64,000 bases of DNA from a virus. Made by a program: the position numbers and the translations under genes. The stretch is from the IMG/VR virus record IMGVR_UViG_3300042563_002443; one strand, written 5' to 3'. Under the pieces are notes generated by a model. The model ran no database searches and had not been told where the DNA came from. It worked only from the letters and a program-made list of their open reading frames with translations. Shown here in pieces: positions 8,819 through 18,209 of the stretch. Position 1 is the stretch's first letter. Each line of letters opens with the position of its first letter.

Positions 8819-9214
8819 ATGACAACAAAAAGTATTAATCATCCATGGGGCGTAAGCGACGAATTTAGAACTCGCTATGGAAATACATGGGCAGATTTAG
8901 ATTTCGTATTCGAAGCTAAGATTTCAGCCGAAAATTTTAGTGATGATCCAATGAACACAACAATTGGAGAATTGCATATTGCAGGACAACATATTTTAAT
9001 GCGATACAAAGATTTAATTGCATATGCAAAATTATATAATACATTGTCTGATAATTTGTATGCTGAAAAACTAAGCAAGGATACTACTATGGAAATTTCC
9101 ATTAAAGGACGCAATTTCATGTTAAATAAACAAGAAATTGGCAAATTATCTACAACGTTAGATGATGCAGTAAAAACAACAATAAAGGGATATCAGTTAG
9201 GTTTATATATATAA
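8819..9214 (+). CDS. hypothetical protein
   Basis: ORF in operon-like run. Confidence 0.7.
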   Translation: MTTKSINHPWGVSDEFRTRYGNTWADLDFVFEAKISAENFSDDPMNTTIGELHIAGQHILMRYKDLIAYAKLYNTLSDNLYAEKLSKDTTMEISIKGRNFMLNKQEIGKLSTTLDDAVKTTIKGYQLGLYI

Positions 9215-9218
9215 TAAA

Positions 9219-9404
9219 ATGCCTATATCAACGTACGTATTTTATTATAAAGCAGATAGTACTTGCGAACCCGTAGGTCGCGTTAAGGCAACTAGTTTGT
9301 CTGAAGCGCAACATTTTATTATGGAATTGAAGCAGTTACCAAAAGATGTGATAACTGAATTATTTGAAATAAAACAGGTATTAACTTATGAAACCAATAT
9401 TTGA
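9219..9404 (+). CDS. small hypothetical protein
   Basis: ORF in operon-like run. Confidence 0.6.
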   Translation: MPISTYVFYYKADSTCEPVGRVKATSLSEAQHFIMELKQLPKDVITELFEIKQVLTYETNI

Positions 9405-9828
9405 TTTAATGACTGTTAACTATGCAGAATATAGTTACTTCAAGCAATTACCAAAAAAAGAACGAATATTATTTTTCATGGAATTATATGAAGCTGCGTT
9501 ATATCGATATTCTAATAATAACTTGGATCTAGGTAAATTTTTTGCAACATTAAAAGATCAAATTTTAGAGTCAAACGAACTTGATACAGAATCTGTTTCG
9601 ATGCCTAGGGGTTCTGATCATATTGAAGTTTTGATTGATGACGAAAATTTAATGATTGAATCAAACAGTTTAAAAGCAGTTCGGCACATCGTATATAAAT
9701 TCATCGAATCGGGATATATTCTTCAACGCGACAAAAACATGGAAAAAGCATTTAAGCGCGACAAAATTACAAGATATATGAGGGTCTTTAAAATTATAGA
9801 TCAGATATCATGTATATGTACTAACTAA
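9388..9828 (+). CDS. hypothetical protein
   Basis: ORF in operon-like run. Confidence 0.7.
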   Translation: MKPIFDLMTVNYAEYSYFKQLPKKERILFFMELYEAALYRYSNNNLDLGKFFATLKDQILESNELDTESVSMPRGSDHIEVLIDDENLMIESNSLKAVRHIVYKFIESGYILQRDKNMEKAFKRDKITRYMRVFKIIDQISCICTN

Positions 9829-9834
9829 TATATA

Positions 9835-10410
9835 ATGGCAAAACAAAAAATATCAGAAGCTATTCAAAAACAATTTGACAAAGTGCATTTTCAAATAGAA
9901 ACACCAGTCTTTTTTTCTTGGTTGGGGTATAAACAAGTAGGTTATGTTAAAAAATTTAAAAAAGCTGGTTGGGGAATTCAATATACTGTGGAATCGCCTG
10001 CAGGTGCTAAGTATCCGTGCGGCATTGAAATTAAGGGGCAAAAGACTCAGTATAACACAGGATGCATCTACCTTGAAGACACTAGATCCATTGGGCAAGA
10101 ATCTCTTATCAAACGCTTCCAAAACGATGCTAAGCCCAGAACAACTACAACAGTTCCTCTCGTCATCGATCGGTCAACGAATAAAAGCTCGAGCAATAGT
10201 AACTTACTCAGAAGAAATAATGATGAAGCTAGTAGAAAAGATTCAAACAGTGGATCCGCAAGAAACAGCACAAATTTGGACGTTAAACTTGGCATTGATG
10301 GAGACAATAAACACGATACACCAAAACGAAGAGTTTCTAAACCCAAACAGTTAGATATAGCAATACAACGTCAACGAGATTTTTTAAGTGGATTTGTAAA
10401 AAAAGATTAA
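9835..10410 (+). CDS. hypothetical protein (beta-rich N-terminus, low-complexity C-terminus)
   Basis: 191-aa ORF. Confidence 0.65.
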   Translation: MAKQKISEAIQKQFDKVHFQIETPVFFSWLGYKQVGYVKKFKKAGWGIQYTVESPAGAKYPCGIEIKGQKTQYNTGCIYLEDTRSIGQESLIKRFQNDAKPRTTTTVPLVIDRSTNKSSSNSNLLRRNNDEASRKDSNSGSARNSTNLDVKLGIDGDNKHDTPKRRVSKPKQLDIAIQRQRDFLSGFVKKD

Positions 10411-10428
10411 ACTTTTTTTGCGTTCTGG

Positions 10429-10457
10429 TTGGATATTAATATTATATATCTTATTAT
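10429..10457 (+). promoter_or_regulatory. sigma70-like promoter TTGGAT-N17-TATTAT
   Basis: Same motif and spacing as the other six copies. Confidence 0.6.
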
Positions 10458-10489
10458 ATAGTATAATTAACCACTTAAAAATTTATATC

Positions 10490-10912
10490 ATGAAAAATTT
10501 AATTCTTTCCGCAATTTTTGCAGTAGTAGCATTTTCAAATAATGCTCAAGTAGTTACCATTACTGTATTTCAAACAGCGGATGCTGTCGGATCAAATGAT
10601 AGATCACTATCTGAGATTTTAAATCACCCGGATATAGAACTACCGATTGATTTACCACTTACATTTTCATATAAACTTGATTTTACACATAATGTGTGTA
10701 TTTTTAAAACTGCAGGCGGCGAACTAATTCGAGTTAATTTTATTGTTAACAATAAAAAATCAGATAAAGATTTTGAAATTGAATTTACAGACCCTAATAA
10801 TGAATTTGATTTCATATATGGAATTGTAGTTTGCAATAGCAACGCTGCCTATTTTGAAAATAATGGAAGTATAACTGAATTATTAGTATTTAAAGCTTTT
10901 ACAATTTTTTAA
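10490..10912 (+). CDS. secreted/periplasmic protein with signal peptide
   Basis: MKNLILSAIFAVVAFSNNA|Q signal peptide with Gln after the cleavage site, typical of Bacteroidota; start moved to ATG 10490. Confidence 0.7.
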   Translation: MKNLILSAIFAVVAFSNNAQVVTITVFQTADAVGSNDRSLSEILNHPDIELPIDLPLTFSYKLDFTHNVCIFKTAGGELIRVNFIVNNKKSDKDFEIEFTDPNNEFDFIYGIVVCNSNAAYFENNGSITELLVFKAFTIF

Positions 10913-10926
10913 ATTGTTTTTATGAA

Positions 10927-10958
10927 CAGTAAAAAAGCCCATCTCTGCAGGTGGGCTT
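10927..10958 (-). terminator. intrinsic terminator with TTTTACTG tail (minus strand)
   Basis: Reverse complement AAGCCCAC-ctgcagag-ATGGGCTTTTTTACTG, downstream of the minus-strand gene. Confidence 0.8.
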
Positions 10959-10975
10959 ACTACTTTAATATATTT

Positions 10976-11605
10976 TTAATTTTTAACAGGGGGAGCTGGT
11001 TTCACAGGAGTTGCTGCTTTAGGAACTATTAATGCTGTCTTAGCTGCAACTATTGGAACTAGATATACGTTTCGAAAATGATCCCAATATGGTATTTGTT
11101 TAGCTTTATTTTCAGGATCTGGTGCAATCATTTTTTGCCAATCTTTAATTCTACTTTGAAAATCACTTAATCCCATTGAAAAATTAGTATCTGCACTAGA
11201 ATTATATGCTTTACTAAGGACTGGTGCTGACTTGGCTAAAATTCCAACAACATCTGTGTATTTTAACGAATTTAAAAATTTCGGCGTATATCCTTGGTGT
11301 GCCATGGCCAACATGATACATTTCATTAAATTAAATCGTTCAGTGCTCCATTTTGCTCCAGCAGCTGCTCTGTTAGCTTCAGGCGCTCCATAAACCCATG
11401 GTGGCGTTGCACCGACAGTTTGCGGAAAATTTGTAACGTACGTGTCAAACGCGAATTGATCTTTAAAGTTTAATGCATATGTAATACCGTCTTGTCCTTT
11501 AAAGCCTTCTGTTAACAGTGACGATTCATTAATTTTTTTAACATCTGACTTGGATAAATTCTTTACGCCAAATCGAAGCATATTTTCAGCTAATGTATTT
11601 TTCAT
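10976..11605 (-). CDS. hypothetical protein; the only well-supported minus-strand gene
   Basis: Has its own minus-strand ATATTTAT box, AAGGA SD and terminator; LLTE site near the N-terminus. Confidence 0.8.
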   Translation of the reverse strand: MKNTLAENMLRFGVKNLSKSDVKKINESSLLTEGFKGQDGITYALNFKDQFAFDTYVTNFPQTVGATPPWVYGAPEANRAAAGAKWSTERFNLMKCIMLAMAHQGYTPKFLNSLKYTDVVGILAKSAPVLSKAYNSSADTNFSMGLSDFQSRIKDWQKMIAPDPENKAKQIPYWDHFRNVYLVPIVAAKTALIVPKAATPVKPAPPVKN

Positions 11606-11630
11606 TCGTATTCCTTTTAGTTTCTTTTAT

Positions 11631-11638
11631 ATAAATAT
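11631..11638 (-). promoter_or_regulatory. putative late promoter box ATATTTAT (minus strand)
   Basis: Reverse complement ATATTTATATAAAAGAAACTAAAAGGAATACGAATG; motif orientation follows gene orientation. Confidence 0.7.
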
Positions 11639-11672
11639 AAGCAAAAAAAAAATAAAAGAAAAATAAAAAATA

Positions 11673-11701
11673 TTTGATTTTCCAAATAAATTTCATATTA
11701 T
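11673..11701 (+). promoter_or_regulatory. sigma70-like promoter TTTGAT-N17-TATTAT
   Basis: Upstream of uvsE. Confidence 0.55.
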
Positions 11702-11714
11702 ATATAAAAATACT

Positions 11715-12740
11715 ATGATTAGAACGGGATATGCATGTATTAATATGGAGCTTGGACAGCAAGGCATCCGTACGGGTCGCTCTTTAATTGATCGCAAGTT
11801 TAAACAAGGCGGCTTACAATTAGCATCTGACATTGCGTTAGCAAATGCTCGAGATTTGATAACTATACTAGAATGGAATGAGGCACATGATATTCGTCTG
11901 TTCCGTCTAGGATCAGAACTCTTTCCTCGGTGGAATCATTACGAGTTACATGATTTACCTGGCATTGCAGAAATTACCACACATCTTCGTGCTGCCGGCG
12001 ACTATGCAAAATTGCATGGCCATCGCATTACAACACATCCTGGTCCTTTCCATATACTAGGTAGTCCCGATGCTGTAGTTGTTGATAATAGCATTGTTAG
12101 CCTAGAAAGACATTCTGAACTATTTGATCTTATGGGCTTTGCTCCTAGCTTTGAAAACAAGATAAATATTCATGTAGGTGCTACTTATAATGATAAGCCC
12201 GGTACTATTGCAAGATGGTTGCATAATTGGGATCGTTTATCAGATTCTTGCAAATCGCGACTAGTTATTGAAAATGATGACAAGGCCTCCATGTATTCCG
12301 TACGAGACTTATATGAGATGCTTTATCAAGAAATTGCAATTCCCGTTACATTTGACTATTGGCATCACACTTTCAATACTGGTGACTTATCCGAACGCGA
12401 AGCCTTCTTTTTAGCACGAGAGACTTGGGATCGACATAATGTAACCCAATGTACCCATTATTCAGAATCACGCCGTAGAGAGTCCCAAACCCTTATAGAA
12501 CGCATGTTTGCACATCATGGCATCTCATTGGAAGATTTGCCAAAGTGGCCAACCTTTCAAAAACAATACAAAGAATTTACAAAAATACGTGAGGCAGCAC
12601 ATGCAGATTATATTTTAACTACACCAAACACATATGGTGTTGATTCATTGGATATTATGGTTGAAGCCAAAGCAAAAGAGCAGGCACTATTAAATATCAA
12701 TGTTGAGTGTTGCAAAAAATCACCAATAATTTTAATATAA
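11715..12740 (+). CDS. uvsE: UV-damage endonuclease (UvsE/UVDE family)
   Basis: GYACIN, IRLFRLGSELFP, HPGPF, INIHVG, RLVIENDD, FDYWHH, AHADY, MVEAKAKE. Confidence 0.95.
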   Translation: MIRTGYACINMELGQQGIRTGRSLIDRKFKQGGLQLASDIALANARDLITILEWNEAHDIRLFRLGSELFPRWNHYELHDLPGIAEITTHLRAAGDYAKLHGHRITTHPGPFHILGSPDAVVVDNSIVSLERHSELFDLMGFAPSFENKINIHVGATYNDKPGTIARWLHNWDRLSDSCKSRLVIENDDKASMYSVRDLYEMLYQEIAIPVTFDYWHHTFNTGDLSEREAFFLARETWDRHNVTQCTHYSESRRRESQTLIERMFAHHGISLEDLPKWPTFQKQYKEFTKIREAAHADYILTTPNTYGVDSLDIMVEAKAKEQALLNINVECCKKSPIILI

Positions 12741-12771
12741 TATATTTATAATAAATAAAGAAAGGTTACAT

Positions 12772-12942
12772 ATGAAAAGCAAAAACAAAATTACAGATGA
12801 CATTGAAGATGCAAGAAACATCATTCAAATGGTAGGCAAAGCACTCAGAGAAGGCACAACCGACAAAAATTCAGCACTAGACAATTTAGCACGTGCAATG
12901 ACAAAATTAGATTCAGCTCGCTATCATTTAGATAGAGAATAA
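12772..12942 (+). CDS. small helical protein (56 aa; not in ORF track)
   Basis: MKSKNKITDDIEDARNIIQMVGKALREG...; late box at 12742-12749 and AAAGG upstream. Confidence 0.7.
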   Translation: MKSKNKITDDIEDARNIIQMVGKALREGTTDKNSALDNLARAMTKLDSARYHLDRE

Positions 12943-12958
12943 TCAAAAAAACAATGTT

Positions 12959-13123
12959 ATGACAAACTCCAAAAGTACTCCTCCACCAAAAGGATATAAA
13001 AAATTACAATGCAAATATTGCAACAATGTGTCAACCCGGGTTGATGCAAAGGCTACAGCAATTACATGTTGGGAATGCACATCCAAGCTAGTTAATGGCC
13101 AGGTATTGGAAATTAGAAAATAA
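12959..13123 (+). CDS. small zinc-ribbon protein (54 aa; not in ORF track)
   Basis: CKYC...CWEC pair. Confidence 0.65.
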   Translation: MTNSKSTPPPKGYKKLQCKYCNNVSTRVDAKATAITCWECTSKLVNGQVLEIRK

Positions 13124-13134
13124 TTCATTATATT
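13106..13134 (+). promoter_or_regulatory. sigma70-like promoter TTGGAA-N17-TATATT
   Basis: Shares AATAATTCATTATATTA with the promoter at 32729. Confidence 0.65.
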
Positions 13135-13151
13135 ATTAGTAAAACTAATTT

Positions 13152-13946
13152 ATGTTAACAGCAGAAAAAATTAAATCTAATTGGGAAGATTATCGCAATA
13201 GTGTAAACACATTGTTTCCGTCTCGTAAAGATGCATTAAATAAAATGTATGATGAATTAGAAGATCGCATGGTATTTATGCCGGCTTCTTCCATGGAACA
13301 TTTTCATAATGCATTTGCCGGCGGCTATGTTGATCATGTACTTCGAGTTATGGATTGTGTTAAAACTTTGCATGAAGCTTGGGCAGGTATGGGTGCTAAT
13401 ATGGCAGGCTATACGGTTGAAGAAATGATGTTTGCAGCAATGCATCATGATTTAGGCAAGGCAGGATTTCCAGGTAACGGCAATGAAGTATATCAAACAG
13501 AAACTTCAGATTGGCATCGAAAGAATCAAGGAAAGCTTTACAAAACAAATGCAGCAATTCCATTTGCAATGGTACCAGACCTATCAGTTTGGTTGTTGCA
13601 AGAATATGATGTTAAACTGTCTTGGACAGAATATCAAGCAATCAAGATTCATGATGGAATGTATGATGAAGCAAATAAACCATATTTTGTTTCTAGATCA
13701 CCTCAATCAAAACTAAAAACAAATTTACCAATTATATTGCATCATGCAGATCATATGGCATCTACAATTGAATATGAGCGTTGGAAACAATTTAAAGATG
13801 GTACACCTACTCCAGTTGTTGAAAAATCAAAAATTACAAAAAGTAATGGGTTGAAAAATTTAGCAGAATCAAACCCAAATGTAGGACAAACATTAACTGA
13901 CATATCAAATATATTTAATTCATTTAACACCTCTGATTCATTATGA
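13152..13946 (+). CDS. HD-domain phosphohydrolase
   Basis: GGYVDHV...MHHDLGK...IHDG...HHAD metal-binding motifs. Confidence 0.85.
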   Translation: MLTAEKIKSNWEDYRNSVNTLFPSRKDALNKMYDELEDRMVFMPASSMEHFHNAFAGGYVDHVLRVMDCVKTLHEAWAGMGANMAGYTVEEMMFAAMHHDLGKAGFPGNGNEVYQTETSDWHRKNQGKLYKTNAAIPFAMVPDLSVWLLQEYDVKLSWTEYQAIKIHDGMYDEANKPYFVSRSPQSKLKTNLPIILHHADHMASTIEYERWKQFKDGTPTPVVEKSKITKSNGLKNLAESNPNVGQTLTDISNIFNSFNTSDSL

Positions 13947-14239
13947 TATTTTTATCAATTTTATCTGTATTATTATTTGCTGCAATAGTATATTGTGGTT
14001 ATAGGGCTTATTATTTAGCCGGAATGTTAGCAGAAGCACAAGAATATATTGAAGAATTAGAAATGACTAATGAATACATGTATAGCCGAATTTCACAATC
14101 ATATGATGTAATGCAAGAAATAGACCGGTTAGGTGCATTTGAAGCAGAAGATGAGGCAGGGACTACATTCCAAATGTTAAAAGAAACAATCACCGAACTA
14201 AAAGACGTATTTAATGACGAGACAGAAGAAAAAAAGTAA
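13943..14239 (+). CDS. membrane-anchored hypothetical protein
   Basis: N-terminal TM helix followed by a coiled coil. Confidence 0.7.
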   Translation: MIFLSILSVLLFAAIVYCGYRAYYLAGMLAEAQEYIEELEMTNEYMYSRISQSYDVMQEIDRLGAFEAEDEAGTTFQMLKETITELKDVFNDETEEKK

Positions 14240-14915
14240 TGTTTACTTTACCAAAATAACAGACCTTGCTATATCGGCTTATAATCGAAGTGATAGTAGT
14301 CAAATTTTACGAGAAAAGATTTATAGAAGATTTATATATCCTGCGTTCATGAAGATGGCAGAAAATCTTATTAATAAAGTTAAACCAACTTATATTGATT
14401 CAACGTTTGTAGATCTGCAAACAGATTTAGTTACTTATCTAACTGAGCGATTAAACAAATTTAATCCTAATTCAGGTAAAGCATATTCTTATTATACTAG
14501 AACATCGTTTAATTATTTAATTGCTGAGAATCAAAAGGCTTATAGTAAATTGAAATCAAATGCATTAGAAATAAATGTAGATGATCAACGAAATATCATT
14601 ACAGAAATGCATAATGATGATATGCGTGAAACATTGAAATATTTTATGGATGCGTATATTGATTATTGCTATGAAAATTTAAATTATATTTTTAATAGCT
14701 CTGTAGATATTCATGTAGCTGACTCAGTTTTGCATATTTTTGAAGAACGAGAAAATATTGAAGATTTCAATAAAAAAGCACTTTATATTTTTATTCGAGA
14801 ACGTACGGGATTGGAAACAAATAATATCACTCGAGTAATTAAAACATTAAAACAAATATACACTGACAAGTTTCGCGAGTATGAACAACAAAACTTCGTA
14901 AAATTGCCTTTTTGA
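14214..14915 (+). CDS. phage late-transcription sigma factor (T4 gp55-like)
   Basis: FMKMAENLI...LNKFNPNSGKAYSYYTRTSFNYLIAENQK resembles the gp55 region-2 signature. Confidence 0.7.
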   Translation: MTRQKKKSNVYFTKITDLAISAYNRSDSSQILREKIYRRFIYPAFMKMAENLINKVKPTYIDSTFVDLQTDLVTYLTERLNKFNPNSGKAYSYYTRTSFNYLIAENQKAYSKLKSNALEINVDDQRNIITEMHNDDMRETLKYFMDAYIDYCYENLNYIFNSSVDIHVADSVLHIFEERENIEDFNKKALYIFIRERTGLETNNITRVIKTLKQIYTDKFREYEQQNFVKLPF

Positions 14916-14940
14916 TATTTATATTAAAGGATTTTACGAT

Positions 14941-15375
14941 ATGGACAAGAATGATGAATTATTCAAAGGGACTACCTTTGCAGACTTGATGTCCGATGTC
15001 TATCACAATTCTAAAAAAAAAGATAGACAAATTAATCAATTGATAGCACAATTGCAACCGTTGATTCGCAATGCATCTGATGCTACTGTTATAGTTCCAC
15101 TAATCAAAGAATATCTAGACGTTGCAGTTAAGAATGACGATCACCTTGTTAAATTAACTGCAATCGTTCAAAGATTTATATCAACCAAACAAACTATTGC
15201 GGGAGCTGATGGTCTTTTAAGTGATGAAGAAAAACAGCAACTCATGAAAATTGCTGAAAAAACTTTATCGGCTGAATTAGAAGATGAACTAGAATCTATA
15301 ACCTCTGAAGATACTGCATTAAACGAACGTATTTCAATGGTTAAAAGCAAAATAGAAAAGGACGTCGATGGATAA
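14941..15375 (+). CDS. hypothetical helical protein (late)
   Basis: Late box at 14915-14922; AAGGA upstream. Confidence 0.75.
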   Translation: MDKNDELFKGTTFADLMSDVYHNSKKKDRQINQLIAQLQPLIRNASDATVIVPLIKEYLDVAVKNDDHLVKLTAIVQRFISTKQTIAGADGLLSDEEKQQLMKIAEKTLSAELEDELESITSEDTALNERISMVKSKIEKDVDG

Positions 15376-16351
15376 TGTTCAATTTCATATTGCAGAAGTT
15401 ATTGCCGATCCGCATTCAACTACATATGAGTATGATACCCGGAACAATTATGAAATTACTGTAAGCACATATACTGATTTTTATAATCGTCAGGAACTTC
15501 AAGTAATTCCATTTAATAATAACATCAAACAAATTCCGCTAGTAGGCGAGCATGTATTAATTGTACAAGGTTTTTCTGCGGAAAATAAAGCAGACACAAT
15601 ATATACACAATGGTATTATTTGGCATCATTTTCTTTAAATTCAAATGTTAATGCTAATCTATTACCAGGAATTTCACCATCAAATAGTCCATATGTACCT
15701 AAAACTAGTTTTGGAGAAAAAGAAATATCATTGCTTCAGGCATATGAAGGTGATACATTAATAGAAGGCCGATTTTCAAATAGTATCAGACTTAGCAGCA
15801 CAATTAAAGGAGGCGTGTATTCAACACAACCTAGTTGGCTTGGAACACAATCAGGTGATCCTATTATAATATTGTCTAATGGTAAATCATATAAAAAAGA
15901 TTCATACGTAGTAGAAAGTATACGAGATGACAAATCGTCTATATATTTAACTAGCACACAAAAGATATCAATGTTGTTGGGTGATACACGCAATAAGAAT
16001 CCGTTATCTTGTTATCTGCCGGCCGAATCACAATTTGATAAATCACAGTTTATTGGCACAGCTGATCGAGTTATTTTAAAAGCAAAAACAGATATTGCTA
16101 TAATTGATTCGCCAAAAGCTATTGTATTAAATACTAGTGGAGAAATTAAATTAGGATCTGATACTGCTGATCGCCCCATGGTACATGGCGATGTATTATT
16201 AAACGTACTACAAAAAATATTAAATCAATTAAATATACCAATTCAGTGCGGTACTATGTCGGGCACATTCTTAGATCGATCTAATATAACAGCAGCACAA
16301 CGAGAGTTACAAAAATTATTAAGTAAAAAATATTACATAAAGAAAACATAA
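15368..16351 (+). CDS. baseplate hub/spike-like protein (gp5/gpV-like)
   Basis: N-terminal OB-type PLVGEHVLI motif, beta-rich C-terminus with PMVHGD, located upstream of gp25/gp6. Confidence 0.6.
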   Translation: MDNVQFHIAEVIADPHSTTYEYDTRNNYEITVSTYTDFYNRQELQVIPFNNNIKQIPLVGEHVLIVQGFSAENKADTIYTQWYYLASFSLNSNVNANLLPGISPSNSPYVPKTSFGEKEISLLQAYEGDTLIEGRFSNSIRLSSTIKGGVYSTQPSWLGTQSGDPIIILSNGKSYKKDSYVVESIRDDKSSIYLTSTQKISMLLGDTRNKNPLSCYLPAESQFDKSQFIGTADRVILKAKTDIAIIDSPKAIVLNTSGEIKLGSDTADRPMVHGDVLLNVLQKILNQLNIPIQCGTMSGTFLDRSNITAAQRELQKLLSKKYYIKKT

Positions 16352-16358
16352 GGAAGTT

Positions 16359-17222
16359 ATGAGTGCAATTGTTCCACCATTAGACATTATACCAAAGTTA
16401 CCAGCAAAAGCAGTTACTCTAGTTATTAAACAAATAGATACACAGACAGATAGATTGCTTGATACCGTAACAAAAACGGTTCAAGATACTGTTAAATTAC
16501 CAGTTAATATAAAATGTGATGATCCTAGGATCACACAAATCAAAAAACAATTGGCTGACATACAAAAACAAATAACAACAGTACAGGAAACTATTCCTAA
16601 AATACAAACAACGATTAACACTGTTAGGCAACTAATAGGAGTAGCAGCAGGTATTAAAACAGCATTATCAGTTGCACAATTAGCTAATCCAGTAACAGCG
16701 CCGTTATTTATTGCACAACAATTAACGGCTATACAAGATGCTACAATTGTAAATGCAATATCTTCATTATCACAATTTTCATCAGTTCCAGCAACATTGA
16801 CTTCAAAGTTGCAGACAATAACTACGCCATTATTAGGCGCTATTGCTAAAGTGTCAAATGTATGTAATGGAGATGTTGAAACATTAACTATATCACAAGA
16901 TGCTTTAAGCAATGATGCTTTAACCAATATTGGATTACAAACTGGAACTGACTACAATGATTTAGTTGATACTAAGTTTTATAATGAAGAAAACGTTTCA
17001 GACGATGATTTACAACATAGATCTGATACTATACAGCAACTTTTAGAGCAACAACAAAATTTGCTTACATCGTTACAAGAAGCTCCTAGTAAAGTATATC
17101 AAGCATCCGGTGCTCCATCAAATACCTTGGGTAAACTAGGCGATTATTACATTAATTTAGATAATCAATCAATATATGGACCAAAGCTCCGGGCTGATGA
17201 TTGGGGACAACCCGTAAATTAA
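16359..17222 (+). CDS. hypothetical structural protein
   Basis: Coiled coil; C-terminal GAPSNTLGKLGDYYIN...IYGPK fibre-type motif. Confidence 0.7.
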   Translation: MSAIVPPLDIIPKLPAKAVTLVIKQIDTQTDRLLDTVTKTVQDTVKLPVNIKCDDPRITQIKKQLADIQKQITTVQETIPKIQTTINTVRQLIGVAAGIKTALSVAQLANPVTAPLFIAQQLTAIQDATIVNAISSLSQFSSVPATLTSKLQTITTPLLGAIAKVSNVCNGDVETLTISQDALSNDALTNIGLQTGTDYNDLVDTKFYNEENVSDDDLQHRSDTIQQLLEQQQNLLTSLQEAPSKVYQASGAPSNTLGKLGDYYINLDNQSIYGPKLRADDWGQPVN

Positions 17223-17252
17223 TAACTACAATATTTATATAAAAATGATATA

Positions 17253-17753
17253 ATGGATACAAATACACTTATAAAAGCACTTAAAGTTGCCGTACGACAG
17301 GTTGTAAAAGAAGAATTAACAGAAATTCTTCGCGAAGGATTACAATCAACACTTGCAGAAATGAAACAACCTGTTAATAAAACAAAAATAATATCTCAAA
17401 AACCACAGCAACCTCCAGCAAAAAAGAAACCTTTATTTGAAGATAATAAATGGGCGAACATATTAAATGATACAGATGCATTAGTTGAAAATCAACCGTT
17501 AGTTATGAATAGCTATAAAGATGCAATGACTGAAAGCATGCAAGAAATTAAAATGACTTCGCGAGATGCACAAGGCTTTGGTATGTCTAGACAAAATATG
17601 CAACAAGCAATGGGTTTATCACCTAGTGCTCCACAAATAATGGAAGATCCTGAATCAGGTAGATCATATGAAGTTGCCCCAGAAGTTCAACAAGCCCTTA
17701 CAAGAGATTACTCAGCATTAATGAAAGCAATTGATGCTAAGAAAGGAAGATAA
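17253..17753 (+). CDS. hypothetical protein (late)
   Basis: Late box at 17231-17238. Confidence 0.75.
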   Translation: MDTNTLIKALKVAVRQVVKEELTEILREGLQSTLAEMKQPVNKTKIISQKPQQPPAKKKPLFEDNKWANILNDTDALVENQPLVMNSYKDAMTESMQEIKMTSRDAQGFGMSRQNMQQAMGLSPSAPQIMEDPESGRSYEVAPEVQQALTRDYSALMKAIDAKKGR

Positions 17754-18208
17754 TGGCATATCAAATAATAAATATCAATGAAATAAATGATCAGGACGGT
17801 AATATACCAATTGGTATACAATTACCATTTAATGGACAATCCGGATTATTTACATCGACATTTACTTCGATTGACCAAGCTATTAGCAATTTGAAAAATT
17901 TGTTATTAACTAATAAAGGTGAACGAGTTATGCAACCTGCGTTTGGAACTGATTTATCTAGAATATTATTTGAACCAAATACATCAGAACTTAAAGCCAT
18001 GGTAGATAATGCAATTACCGAACCGGTAAATTATTGGCTGCCATATATTAATATAACAGAAATTGAAACTACTACTGCTGACGATGATCCTACATTGGAT
18101 TATAATATAATAGTAAAAATTTCATTTCAAATAGTTAATTCAACAACAGATGATGCATTGAATACAATTACTATTTTTGTAAACGATAATCAATTAACGG
18201 TACAATAA
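17753..18208 (+). CDS. baseplate wedge protein gp25-like
   Basis: NLKNLLLTNKGERVMQPAFGTDL...LFEP...WLPYI GPW/gp25 signature. Confidence 0.92.
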   Translation: MAYQIININEINDQDGNIPIGIQLPFNGQSGLFTSTFTSIDQAISNLKNLLLTNKGERVMQPAFGTDLSRILFEPNTSELKAMVDNAITEPVNYWLPYINITEIETTTADDDPTLDYNIIVKISFQIVNSTTDDALNTITIFVNDNQLTVQ

Positions 18209-18209
18209 T

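Noticed and set aside
9944-10354. 136-aa alternative-frame ORF nested in 9835-10410
   Set aside because: No initiation signal or motif; cannot be supported as an overprinted gene from sequence alone
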